DNA of 64,000 nt from Amphiscolops sp. MND2022. Taxonomy: Eukaryota. Both the position numbers and the translations under genes were made by a program. Location: assembly GCA_964187785.1 (NCBI GenBank), contig OZ076419.1, positions 27,094,001 to 27,158,000 of the forward strand. The letters are read 5' to 3'. Below are positions 48,575-60,807 of this stretch, piece after piece (position 1 is the stretch's first letter; each line of letters opens with the position of its first letter). The notes beneath the pieces are model-generated. The model did not search any database and was not told the origin of the DNA. It saw nothing but the letters and a program-made list of their open reading frames with translations.

Positions 48575-48820
48575 AGGTTAACCATCATGGCGCATTCATG
48601 GCTTTTCATCCATGATCATGACATTTTCATGGCATTACATTCGAATCATGACTAAACATCCATGGACGTTTTCATTAAATTCGAATCATAGTCATCCATG
48701 GTGATTTTAATTATATTCGAACTATGGAGAATCATCCATGATGGTGAGAACCCATGATGGTGAGAACCCATGATTCATTCATGAAGATCCATGACAGAAA
48801 ACTACATAATTGTTAACCAT
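48575..48820. repeat. CATG-rich dispersed repeat fragment (same family as 60340-60807)
   Basis: Shared blocks catccatgatcatg and atccatgacaga...ttgttaaccatg. The aggttaacc start resembles the reverse complement of the ggtgaacct end at 60807. Confidence 0.5.
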
Positions 48821-49269
48821 GGAAGTTTTTAGCAATACTCATAATTTATGCACTTCAGGTCTAAAACTATGCAAGAGCATCCGAACGGAACAAATTTCGT
48901 GCACAAAAATGTTTACTGTAAAAATATGGAACAAAATCAAAATATAAAATGAAACCTACATGGACTGTTTTGAAATTAACTTTTTGGATCAATTTCATAA
49001 CGTTGTGATTATATGGAACAAATTTGGATTTTGGAACGAATCGACGTTTTGTGTTTTTTAGAAGTAGAACTAATATTTCCAGTACTTCAATTCTGTTTTG
49101 ATGATGGCAAGAGAATCACTTTTACCAAATTAAAGAAACGCTAATGTAATAACTATATTATACTCGACAATTTCGGCACTAAGAGATTTTAGGCAAATTT
49201 GAATGCACCAAGTTAATCGGGCACATTTGAATTAAAATTCAAATTATAGGTTTTGTTGAAAGCCGAATA

Positions 49270-49630
49270 CATACAAAGTAATTTCTCACTCAGATTCCCG
49301 AGAACAAAAACGACATTTAAGTTTACACAAGGCGGAGGTTGAGTCCGTGGCTGTTCAAAAACAAACATACTAGAGTTGCAAAAAGTTAATGAAAGTTGAT
49401 GAAACGTTAATGAACAAAACAAAAACCAATAGTGATTACCTTCGTAATAGCTTTTTCAATAAAATTATTCCACTCGGGAACAAAATTCCTAGAAAGCTCT
49501 TCAATCCAAACTTCTCAAATATTTCAATGAAAATGAATCTTAGACATCATCACAGAAGAAGAATTGCTTTCGAACTTGAAAATCCAGAACATAGGAAAAA
49601 ATGTTGGAGAGATTACCGTTTCATTTAACA
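49270..49630 (+). pseudogene. 3'-terminal relic of a LINE ORF2
   Basis: YLRNSFFNKIIPLGNKIP resembles the NSFF..I..WN.LP motif near CR1/L2-type ORF2 C-termini. Confidence 0.4.
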
Positions 49631-49839
49631 CTGTTCTTTATTTTAATCTATTGGTCATTTTATTAATAATAGGTCAATGAATAACTTATTTTTATCCACA
49701 CTGCCTTTTAAATAGAATATATTGTTTTATATCTATTTTTAAAGGGAATTCAGTGTTTTTTTAAAAGAAGAGAGGTAGAACTCTGAACGTCTCTGCAGCT
49801 AAATGACATTATGATAATCCGGAATGGAAACGAATCGCA

Positions 49840-50848
49840 GTCCACTGGTGGTCACCGATGATCCACCGGAGTCGCACCAATGGACCATTGAGGTGGCATC
49901 CGCAGCTTTTGCGGTGGCCACCGGTGGTCCACCGATAATTCCTCCGTTGGTCACCGAAAGTTCCATCGGTGGTCACCGGTGGAAATTGATAAATACACCA
50001 CTGGCCATCGATGGCCCCACTGGTAATAAATCAGTATCAATCCCAAGTTGGTATCCTTCCAGTGTGACTTTGTGAATAACTCCATCAAAATACATTGATT
50101 TTAGATCGTATCCTATCAGGAAAATGATTATAGGCTTTTTGCACCGAAATACACCGACTTTAGGTCTTATTCCATGAAAATACAATGTTTTCACACCTTA
50201 TTCCTTGAAAATACAGAGGTTTTAGGTCTTATTCCATCAAAATACAAATTTTTTTTAGATTTTCTATCAGGAAAACGATTTGGGCCCTATTTCAGCAAAA
50301 TACAGTAACAGATCTTACTCTATCAGAAAATCCTTTTGGGGTCTTATTCCACTAAAATACAGTAATTTTAGGCCTTATTCTATCAAAAATAAAATGGTTT
50401 GAGTCTTATTCAATGAAAATACAGAGTTTTCAGATCTTATTCCTTGCAAATAAATATATTAGATTAAAACCATATTCTATAGATTCTCCCTCCCATCAAG
50501 ACCATTTTCATGTAAGATTCATGACCACCTAAACCAAAATTCGTAGCATTCTACCTGCAAGCGGCTTCAGGAAACGCGATGCCGAAAAACGTCCGTAATT
50601 CTACCCTTGTCATTAAGGCAGCCCACTGAAAAAACCAATAATTAATCAGAACCAGAAAAATTGCGCATTTCAACTGAAAAATGATGTCAGGTAAAATTTT
50701 GCAGGCAAGCATGCTCGAGCGCGTGATTTGATTGTTCAACGTCTCTTTGAGAATTTTTGAAAAGTTTTCCACCTGTAGCCACCCGTGGAAACATAATTGG
50801 CAGCACTAAAGTGTCTCCACTGGTGGCCACCGGTGGTTTGCGGTAGGG
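49840..50848. mobile_element. Remnant of a DNA element with ggtggtcaccg subterminal repeats and an internal ~31-bp tandem array
   Basis: ccaccggtgg/ggtggtcaccg repeats at 49840-50020 and 50770-50840; right end ...GGTTTGCGGTAGGG; ttaggtcttattcc..aaaatacag units at 50100-50450. Left terminus not found. Confidence 0.45.
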
Positions 50849-51609
50849 TGCCTGCACGGGAAAGGTTTGAGTCCTTATGGTCATAAGACAAGAAAAATCT
50901 CTGTCTCGGAATTTTTTGTGTCAGACCTGTCACCGTTGGAAACTTTTTTTTCTGGACGAAATTTTTCTTAGCTCGGAAGCATGAAGAGGAGACCGAAGAG
51001 TCCTCACCTTCTAACTTTTAGAAGAAACAAAGCGTTTTGCGTTCATACGGTAACCCTTAGAGCTTTTTGGCTTTAGGGGAAATGATTACATTTTTTCCGC
51101 AAAGTTTTGATTCTCCGACGTTTTCGGTTATGAAAAATTGGTTCCTGAATCCCGACGGTAAATTCGTTGGTTAGTTTTTGTCCTGTGGGACTGATGAAAG
51201 TATTTTTAATAATTGTAGAAGAGATCTACAGTTTTATCAGGGTCTGCCAGGTTTTTCAGGATGCAAGACCTGTCACTTTCTCCGCTTCAATTTGTTTGTG
51301 TAATTTTAATCAATACGTTTCAATTAGTAGTAGCAGCGTTGTAATCCCATTATGTGTTACCAAGCACAACCATGGAAATAGCTCAGGTTTCAAAAATCAA
51401 GTTTCTTAAATATGCAAAGGACACTATTGGTAAAAATCTATCAGTTACTGAGTGCTGAACAAGACAAGAAGGGATGCACAAGATACGAAAACCAGACCGC
51501 GTTTTCACCATGTGGAAACACAAAAGACGCATTTTTTGAAAAACACATTCTCGAAATTGTTTGACGGTTAAACTTTGTGATTTAGTGCGATACTCCACTA
51601 GGCAATTAA

Positions 51610-52180
51610 GGGTTGGGCGACAATTCGTCCCAAGCGACAATTCGTCCCAAATTCCAAAAAGCTACAATTCGTCCCAAGCGTCAATTCGTCCCATTTTGAA
51701 AAGGCGACAATTCGTCCCATTTGTAAAAAGCGACAATTCGTCCCAAATTATTTAATTGATCAGCTAATTACCAACCTTTTGAAGGTTGAAACGAAAGAAA
51801 TAATCAAACCAACTACAAATGAAATCATTCAACCATGTGAGAATAATTAGAAAATGTTGCATTTTAACGTACAAGTCGTGGAATGTTAAAATTAATTGTT
51901 GGCACCTGCCTCTAATTGTAATCTTTCACGGATTCATTATTACAAAGGTCTTTATTGGCAATTAAATTGGGGACAAATTGCAGCTTTTAATAATTGGGAC
52001 GAATTGTCGCCTTTTCAAAATGGGACGAATTGTCGCTTGGGACGAATTGTCGCTTTTTGGAATTTGGGACGAATTGTCGCTTGGGACGAATTGTCGCTTG
52101 GGACGAATTGTCGCTTTTTGGAATTTGGGACGAATTGTCGCTTGGGACGAATCATCGCTTGGGACGAATTGTAGCTTTAC
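51610..52180. mobile_element. Foldback/MULE-like element with arms built from ~17-bp tandem units
   Basis: cgacaattcgtcccaag units at 51617-51750 and reverse-complement units at 51965-52175. Perfect 9-bp flanking repeat GGCAATTAA (51601-51609, 52181-52189); G...C termini. Confidence 0.8.
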
Positions 52181-52420
52181 GGCAATTAACCACTAGGTCA
52201 AGTGGCAGTGACAAGTTACTAACATTGCCAAAGGGGAAAACTTTTGTTGAACTAATTTATAGAAAAAGCTACTTGAGGTGTATCGAAAAAACTGATGAAA
52301 AGCCATGACTATGGTCGACCCTTTTCTCAAGAAAAGCGCCGAATAAAAATTGCATTCGGCTGGTGCTTGAATACTTCGTTTCTCAAGATCGGTGTACTAA
52401 AATGTGCCCCACAAGAAACA

Positions 52421-52616
52421 AATACGTAAACAATTCTCAATCTTGTCAATGTAAACCTTTGTCCACAACGTGTAAAAAATTATCACAGTGTTTATGTCAC
52501 TTGTCAATTCAGTACGTAAACAATACGTAAACAATTCTCAATCTTGTCAATGTAAACCTTTGTCCACAACGTGTAAAAAATTATCACAGTGTTTATGTCA
52601 CTTGTCAATTCAGTAC
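52421..52616. repeat. Local tandem duplication, period 101 bp
   Basis: aatacgtaaacaattctcaatc...gtcaattcagtac occurs at 52421 and 52522. Confidence 0.9.
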
Positions 52617-53630
52617 ATTAGTTTCGAGAACACAAATAGACAATTTCGCAAAGGATTTGCAATCAAATCACGACTAAAATTAAAGAACTAGCTGAAAAAC
52701 ATTACATTGAACTTTGAAATTATTCAAACATTCATCGGTGCTATAAAGCATCAAGCAACATATTTCAATGCTTCAGGGAACTGCTCTTGAAATATTGTGA
52801 CATTGTAGATTAAAATCAGAAGAGAGTCTATTTGAGCTCGGAGTATATTTTAGGCGAACGCTCAAAAAGACTGAGAGGTTGTTTAACTGAGATTTATGAA
52901 ATCTAATTTCATTGCTCAATCTGATTTCAATGCTAAAAACCTATTGCACCTAAAAGTGTTTTTTTCCGCTCATGGAAAGTGAGAAACGTGCGTCTTTCTT
53001 TCCTGAAAAGTTGCTACAAAATCCCGAGAAAGGCACCATTTCAAGTTTTCTGCTAATTCTAATTACGAAAACGCTTTTGTAGAACCCAAAAGTCCGTCCT
53101 TGGGTATTTTTAGAATTTTTGCGACATTTTAATAAAATGTCTTTGAAAGAAGTGCCTCACAGAGAAGTGCCACAGAGTGTTCTAAAATAACCCGTAGATG
53201 TTAAAAATTCTCATTTTGTCTAATTTTGACCCCATTTTTCTACAGTTTTTGTCGTCGCTTTCATAAACAACGAGCCCGAGTATTACACCCTTTTGAAGAG
53301 AGGTGCGAATGCGACAAAATTCTAGTTTTTTAAACTCTATATAGTTCAACAAAACAAATACCTCGTTAATCTATCTAAAATACTGCAAATTAGGCAAATA
53401 AGGCTAGAAGCTTAATTTTTTTTGGGGGAATCTCTCAATTTTTTAAAATGAACTAAATGTTTTTTTGGAAAAAATTAAGAAAGGGTTTCAGAATATCGAA
53501 AACGCAAAATGAGAAGCTAGCAAAAAAGTAAATTGATGGAGCTCTGGCCAGGATGATTAGATGCATGTTTTTTCCGGTGGATGCTTTAGGTTCCAATCCT
53601 GCCAACAACAACATTCGATCTTCTGAGCTG

Positions 53631-53960
53631 TTTCTAGTCGGCGCTTTTTCCTTCAGACTGCCACTGAAAGGGACACTTTTTTCTTCAGTTTGTTGAACTG
53701 AAAGGACGCCTCGGAAACGCATCTAAATCAGTGCAAAGAGCCCCTTTCCTTTTTTTTCTATTTTAACGTAACATACAAAGCCGGACGAGACTAAAGGGCC
53801 CCCATTTTCGTTTTTTCGGCACTGCGAAAGTTTTCTTTCGAAAATTTTTATAAGTATCCAAAGTGTCACACATTCAATTTTTTGATTTGGTTTACAAATT
53901 GGATGTTAAAAAAGCATAAAAGGATCTCCTTTGACAATTTTGGCACGATGAGATGAAAGA
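53631..53960 (+). mobile_element. HINE-like 5' fragment
   Basis: tttctagtcggcgc 5' end plus the ccggacgagactaaaggg core; no 3' end seen. Confidence 0.55.
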
Positions 53961-54731
53961 CGAAATTAGAGTTTTTCAGTATATATCCAACAATTGTTTC
54001 CTTTGAAATTATCCGAATTTTTGACGTTATCTGCGAAGCATATTGCGTTTCAGTAAAGAGGAGGTGGATGTTCGATCTTATTGTGCTATATCCGAATTTT
54101 GACGTTGTTTCAAAGTAAAGTGCGTTTCACTAAGGCGAGGGCCTAGGTTTGAATAAAACCCATGTTTGACAATTTTTTGGAACGTTCACCGAGGTTCTAG
54201 ATGGTTTTGTGGGTAGTACTATGCACAGAGTTCAACGACAAAATAAATACATACTTAGCACTATTTTCGTGTGAAAATGTGAACTGGAACTAAACAAAAA
54301 CACAAAAATGTCAATGTCGTTTTTTAGGCATCGGTCCGGAAAAGTTTCGAATGTCCTCCACTCATTGTGTTGGGTTTTGGGCAACTGCTCAACAGCCTCA
54401 ACATAGTGTTAGCATCAATGGAAAAATACTGTATTTGAGGGAGAAAAAATGAAAAGAACAACGGCGAGCAGTAACACCTTTGTCACTTTGAGTTGGTTAC
54501 TTCGGAACTACAACTTCAAGCTGACCATCTTTTTTTCACTTGGCTGTGTAAATAGTACTGTATAATGCTATGCTGAGTATCCAAAAAAAACATTTTTTAA
54601 AAGAAGAACTACTCTTTCGGCTTTCATCACACAGAATATGGGAATTGGACTTTATCCCATTTTGTTCTCAATTATCGACTGTTTGATGCATTTTTGGTTG
54701 TTTCAAATAGCTGTACTGCTCACTCTCGTAT

Positions 54732-54950
54732 AAACAAGCCCGAAACGGCCCAAGTCGGCAATATAATTAAATCTCAAAACGGATTTCCAAGTGTCAAGTA
54801 ATCTCTTCTACCCGAAATCCAAAAGTTGGACCGAATTGGCGCACCATTTCCGGTTTTTTATTTTTTGGGGTAACATTCATTCTGTTGCAAAATATCAAAA
54901 AAATGAAGGGGACCCTTTAAAAATTTTCGAAAAAAGTCTCACAATGCTCA
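54732..54950 (-). mobile_element. HINE-like 3' fragment
   Basis: aaacaagcccgaaacggcccaagtcggc end and the cattctgttgcaaaatatcaaaaaaatgaaggggaccc core. Confidence 0.55.
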
Positions 54951-55802
54951 CTACTTGTCAAACGAATGATCAGAGATAGAGAAAAACCGCTGCGGGAACG
55001 AGCAAGCAAGAAACAAGCCAGGAATTGACGAATTCCGCGCCCCGCTCAAGGTGCAAAAGTGAACCCGGGGGACGTGGTTTCAATATCACTTGAATAAAAA
55101 ATTTTCAAAATCGGAAAAAGTCTAATTTGACCCTGAAGCTTCACATTCGATGCCAATAATGTGAAAATTATGGGGAAACGTCGATAACGTTATACGAATA
55201 TTGAAAACGTGATATCCAAACTTTGAAAACTTGAAAGCGTTTGATCCGAAATTATGTAGATGTTAGATGTTATGTATATTCAAACAAAGTTGTCTGTAAG
55301 TTGAACAAAAGTGATAGAAATTGATATAATATGTCACTTCGTCGGTCTTAAGAGTGTCCGTGATTCGTTATATCTGGTTGCGTTAAATCCGGTATGGGTT
55401 GTGTGATTGTCGAAAGGGACTCTTTTACAGCTCAATTGTAGTATGAAATTTCCAAAAAGGACTTTGACCAATTGAAGTAGAACGTTTGGTAGAACTATTT
55501 TGGAAAGCTCAGGTGTATCAAAAAGCACTGACGAAATTAATGACAAAAGTCAACTCTTTTCTTAAGAAAAGCCCTGACTAAAAATTGTGAAGTTGCTTTT
55601 CAAAAGATGGAATGAAAGGAACCAAAATTGCGCAAGCTTCAATTGTTAGGTAATTTTTTGATACTTAATAGTTTTTGGATGTTTCTGTCGATATGGGGTT
55701 GCTCAGTGGTCAACACAAAAACGTATAGGTTTTCAGGCATACTCCTGATCAGAGAGGTTCCTTTCAATATCGGTGACATGAATTGGGAAGTTATCAAAAT
55801 GG

Positions 55803-55980
55803 TTTTAGTCGGCGCTTCAAGAAGTGAAACGCGACTATAAAAATGACTCCTTTTTTTAACCCCCACAAACAGACCAAAATAGTTCTACAAAGTTCTAGGA
55901 AACTTTAAGGTGCCAAAGGCACAAGTAACTGAAATTGTTCCTTTTTTGGGCGAGACTAGACCGGTCGAGACTAAAGAATA
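55803..55980 (+). mobile_element. HINE-like 5' fragment
   Basis: ttttagtcggcgc...cgcgact 5' stem and a gactagaccggtcgagactaaag core-like block. Confidence 0.45.
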
Positions 55981-58279
55981 AGTGGTCGTATTGAATGTTA
56001 TTTCCAGTAGCATGACCCCCAATGTTACTCAAATTATCATAACGTCTTGTTTCTAGGGTTAGAAGTCAAAAATAAACAATTACATCACCTCCCTATAAAG
56101 TCTAAATATTACGCCGTCGCAGCGTCTGATTAATGCGTAATATTATGCAAAGTATGATGTTTTTATTATAGGGTCCGCATATGCTGTTTTATGAAAACCG
56201 CGTAGTTCGGCATAATGCATTAGCGCCGTCATACGAATATTCAATATGCTGTCTGCAGGACTGAGCATCATGCTGTTTCTTTGAAGCTTCCGTGTATGCT
56301 GCTTCAACAATAATACCACATAATGCTGTTCTTACAAAAATAACACATAATGAAGCAAAAAGTATACGCATGAAACGTTTATAATCGTCATGCTGATTTG
56401 TCGTCGATACCGCATATGTTGTTTTATACAAACCGCCTAATACAATATAATATTCGAGCACAAGTGTGTGTCAGTTCATCATGATGTTTTCTGGTTAGGT
56501 CATCATACTGTTTTCGGGAATTTTACATAATTATGCTGTATTTATCCTGCAATTTGGAACATATCACGACATGATGAAGATCTGCAACTGAGTCTCACTA
56601 GTGCTTTAAAGTAATAAAAACCGAGATTTGTTGCAAAAGTTTTATTGTTTATAATATCCTTTCGAGGGTACACAGTTCAATGGATCTTTGGGCCATTTAA
56701 CTCGGTTTGAGGGGTTGATCACTTTATTTGTGCCGCACATCGGACATCGCGCAAAGGTAACTTAGCAACAGCACTAGTTGGGAAATAAAGGTATTGAATA
56801 GTGTAATGAATAATTGTATTAAATAATTTTAATTTAAATTAAATAAATAAACAATTCTGTAAGTGAACTTTTAACTTTTTGGATCATGGTGTAGTGATTA
56901 GAGCATTAGCCCACGTGGAAATAAGTCTCGAATCTCTCGGCTCAATTTTGTCATGTTTTGAGCATTTGCTCACCTCTAGCTTATTAGTGTTATGATGAAG
57001 AAAAAAATATTGCACTTGAGACAGAAAAAAATAGATTGCACCGGCGAGCTGTCCGACCATTTTGACCTTGAGAAAACCCTTTTGGAACCACAACTTCATA
57101 CCGGCCATCTTTTTTGATTTGACTGTATAAACGGTGCTGCAGATTGTTATGTGGAGTATCAGGAATGGGACTGTTTTATTGAAACAAGAACTACTCTTTC
57201 GTCCTTCACCCCGCAGAACAAGAGAATTGGGCTCTATCCCCATTTGTTGTTAACATTCGACTGTTTACAGTTTTGGTGCAATGTCCATATTTTGAATCAT
57301 TGCTACGGCGTATATTTTTTTTCATCAAAAATTTTTGGCAGCTTAGAGGTAAATTGATGAGAAAACTGTTTTAAACTGTTTTAAATAAAAAATCTATTCG
57401 AAGACCAATTAGTCAGTTCAACAACGTGACTGATTGATTCAAAAACTTTGTTTGAATTAAGTTTAAACTGCTTCTCGTGTTTACCACCTTGATTGACACT
57501 CTGTTATTTTCCGCTGCGTTTGTTGACTCGATAAATCATCTATTTGAGCCGCGTATTCGTAATAGCTAAAGTTCCAGCAGTTGTCAAGCTGGAGGTCTGA
57601 GATTCGAATATTACCTCAATCCACATATATTTTGACTTCTGTAGGTGAAAGTAGCTAAACGTAATTTTTAGGAACCTGCTTGCTTCAACTTTTAAACAGA
57701 GGTAACTTTAAGAAATGAGGCCTAAGTCAACCACATGAATCAGTAGGAGTTCATCCAAAAAAGTTCCGAAATTGTTGAAAAATGTGTTGTTTAAAACCCA
57801 ATTTGTTTGAATCCCAGTCATTTTTTGAAATCTCAAGACCCAGTATCACAGGGTTTAGAAAAACTTACTGGCTCATCTCAATTAGCGCGTATAACGCGTT
57901 TTGTCAATCATTATATGCAAGGTGGATGTTTCTGTGGGAAAGTTTTTCAAATCAAACCTTCAGACACGCACAGTCATTCACACAACTTGCCCTTGGAGAT
58001 CGAAACCGGTGTTTTGAGATCGAAATTCGTGGTCAGAATAGGAGGTATACTCCTTCCAATTTGACCATGATTACTGTTGAATTCGTTTGGATACTTTGTC
58101 TACGGTAGTTTGGATTTTCAAAGGCAACATGTGTGAATGACAGTTGCGACAATGTCTCTTGACGTTTTATTCGTGGAAAAGTTATAACTTCTTTTATCAG
58201 CCTTTTCGAACCAAATAATCTTGCAAAGCTTTCCCTGTGAATGTTGAGTTGCCTGAGATGGGCACACTTTTCTTTTCAG

Positions 58280-58412
58280 AAGAATCGGAGACTTTGAGCG
58301 ACTTCAACTTCGCTGCGGTAGCTCAATCTCTCCGCCAAGATTCCCAGAACGATGCAATCCGTCTGAAACGGGATCTGTTCGAAAACTACACCAAGATAGT
58401 TCGACCTGTCAG
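58280..58412 (+). CDS. Cys-loop ligand-gated ion channel (nAChR-like) subunit, N-terminal helix exon (...NDAIRLKRDLFENYTKIVRPV)
   Basis: The RL..DLF.NY...VRPV motif is typical of the nAChR N-terminal helix. Acceptor cttttcttttcag at 58279 (an alternative cccag acceptor lies ~70 nt downstream). Donor AG|gcaagg. Confidence 0.8.
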
Positions 58413-58780
58413 GCAAGGGCTTTTCACATGGTTTTTTTGCATTTTTAGTATTTCAAAAGTTGCGTTTTGGTCCTAACTAATTCATCAACCTAAACATTCC
58501 TTTGAAAACTGTTGAAGTCGAAGAATGTAAATTGAATTACTCTGACAATACCATGATTCCATCCATGAAAAACAGAAATAAAAACTGACCCACTGTTTTT
58601 GAGAATTTTTCCTGATGACTCATATGTTACATGAAAACTAAACACAATAATGTTTCCACGCTGACAAAACATGAACTACTTTGGGTGAAAAAGTCCTTAC
58701 TGTTCTCTTCCTATGTTCTCAATTGAAGAAATTACCTAGTTTCCTTAAAAGGAAGTTTTATTGAGAATCTCTTGTTCAAG

Positions 58781-58948
58781 GAACCAGAATAACTCAGTAG
58801 TGGTGAAATGCGACTTGGTTCTGAAGCAGTTGATAGAAGTGGTGATCAAGAGACAGGAAATGACGTTGCTCATTTGGAACAGACAGGCCTGGACTGATCA
58901 ATACTTGGTGTGGGACCCTGCCAAATATGGCGGTATCACTTCTCTACG
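58781..58948 (+). CDS. nAChR-like subunit, next exon ((R)NQNNSVVVKCDLVLKQLIEVVIKRQEMTLLIWNRQAWTDQYLVWDPAKYGGITSLR)
   Basis: QLI.V....Q.MT...W..Q.W.D..L.W.P..YGGI pattern of the nAChR ligand-binding domain. Acceptor cttgttcaag|G, donor CTACG|gtcagt (phase 2-2). Downstream exons not found in the window. Confidence 0.88.
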
Positions 58949-59496
58949 GTCAGTGGATATTCTTTTGTCTAAAGTAGCTCGAACAAGTTGATAAAAGGAG
59001 CGAGTATATACGAGTACAGTTGACGGTATTTGTAGTTTCAGAAAACCGAAATCGAAGAAAACTGAGAAAAATCTGAAAACTAGGGTTATTCGAAGAATAT
59101 TCAGTACTGGTTACACGCATTTTTTTATTCAATTCATTCCAATCTGCCAGCAGCGGTTGTTGAACTTAGAAAGTCTCGTTTGCCATATTGACTGCGTTTC
59201 GGCTGATGAAGTTTGGCATGTTTCGATTTTTGAGTTGGTTGAGGTGTTGATGAAGTGTTGTTCATATAATGTTTTGGTAACATGGATTGCTGGAGTAGTT
59301 TTCATTTTTTTTCGAATTTAGAAACAAACGTAAAAAGTTATTGTCGCTTTCTTGAAGTTTTTTAAAATAGTTCATCATATGTTACTTATCGTAATTTGTA
59401 TATTTAACAATGTCGATTAGATTTTCCGATTTGATATTCACTTTCTTTTCAGACAGAATCGGTGAATTTGTCAGATATAACTGCATACGTCAAATG

Positions 59497-60222
59497 AAAC
59501 AAGATGGAAACGTCTAAAGTCGGCGCTATACATAGGGCTCAAAAAGCGCAAAGATTTTAGAATATACTCAGGACGTTTTTGCATTGAAGGCGGTTTTCGT
59601 GCTCGGAATACGCTTCAGAAGTTCGGATATAGCGTGCTGAAACAAATGCGTGCGTTTTTTGTTCCTACGCCTCCTCCTCAGTAAAACGCAAATTACTTTG
59701 GATATAACGCAAAGTTTCGGATATATAGTTGTGCTACAGATATTACGTCAAAATTTAGGAAAGTGTTGAAAAAATTATTTGTGGGTATATATTGAGAAAA
59801 CGTAATTTCAGACAGAAAAAAAAAGAATTTTGAAACAGTCCCATGGTGCCGAAAAATGTAAAAGGGAAACCGTTTGGGCTTTTTGAAACTCCAGTTGGTT
59901 GCAAAATGTCAAAATACTTGAAGGGGGCCCTTTGGAGACAAAAAAGAATTCGAAAAGTGCACAGTGCCGAAAAAAATTCAAAGAGGGGGACCCTATAGTC
60001 TTGTCCGGGTTTGTATCTTACGTTAAAAATGGAGTAAAAGAAAGGGGAATGGAGTAACAGGAACATCCGTTGCACTAACTTAGATGCGTTTCCGCTTGCC
60101 GGTGCAGTTGTTTAGTAGTTTTGTAAAGTTTCCACTACGCATACATTCTGTTACCTGAACAAAAAAAAACTTGCCACTGTATTCGTCGCGTTCATTTTCT
60201 ACTAAAATGTGCCGACTAAAAA
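59497..60222 (-). mobile_element. HINE-like copy
   Basis: aaacaagatggaaacgtctaaagtcggcgc at the left, family core at 59830-60030, gtgccgactaaaaa at the right. Confidence 0.7.
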
Positions 60223-60339
60223 TGAACTGTATTTTTTCATTCCAAGTTTTAGACCGAAGACAACATTGGAACTTTCCCTGGTTCTCGCTCTCAGCATTCT
60301 ACCCATTGTAGCCAAAGGATTTTTTGGCAATGCTTTCGG

Positions 60340-60807
60340 TTTCATTGATGATCATGGATAATTTCTCATTACATTGTCCCCCCGTGGATAATCATCCATG
60401 TTCACGGCTATGATTGAGAATCAATGATTCACCCACGAAGTTCCATGACAGAGTGCTGCCTGTTTTGTTAACCATGCAAGGCTTCAACAATGTTGTGATA
60501 GTTTCTGTATATCAGCAAAAGCCAGCCAGGAGCGTTCAAATGGAAAGAATTATTTTGATGAATTTTTTCTCTTGTCTCATGCTACACATGTATTGAACGT
60601 TGAACTGCTTCGTCCAGGTCATCAATTCATGGAAAAATTTCATTCTAGTGGTTTTTATCTAATACAAACAAAACAGATCAAGTTTGATGGAACGTGCAGC
60701 TTCATGCTACATATTTCATAACGTAAGATTGAAATGTTGAACGTTCAGTCCATGACATCATGGCTTCTCATCCATGATCATGGAATGATTCTCAGCACGG
60801 TGAACCT
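60340..60807. repeat. CATG-rich dispersed repeat (same family as 48575-48820)
   Basis: Homologous blocks shared with 48575-48820. Confidence 0.45.

Noticed and set aside
51617-52175. CRISPR-like ~17-bp repeats and the WDELSL / GRIVA repeat ORFs
   Set aside because: Spacerless inverted tandem arrays of a foldback element; the ORFs are by-products of the repeat.
59165-59240. VSADEVW as the nAChR loop-A exon
   Set aside because: Lacks the following PD..LYN motif and a convincing acceptor.
59453-59495. Strong acceptor (ctttcttttcag) as the next nAChR exon
   Set aside because: In the required phase it hits TGA after three codons; the phase-0 reading TESVNLSDITAYVK* has no good donor.
59492-60226. 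aaatgaa on both sides of the HINE copy as a 7-bp TSD
   Set aside because: A-rich and overlapping the element's terminal runs; four other complete copies show no comparable duplication.
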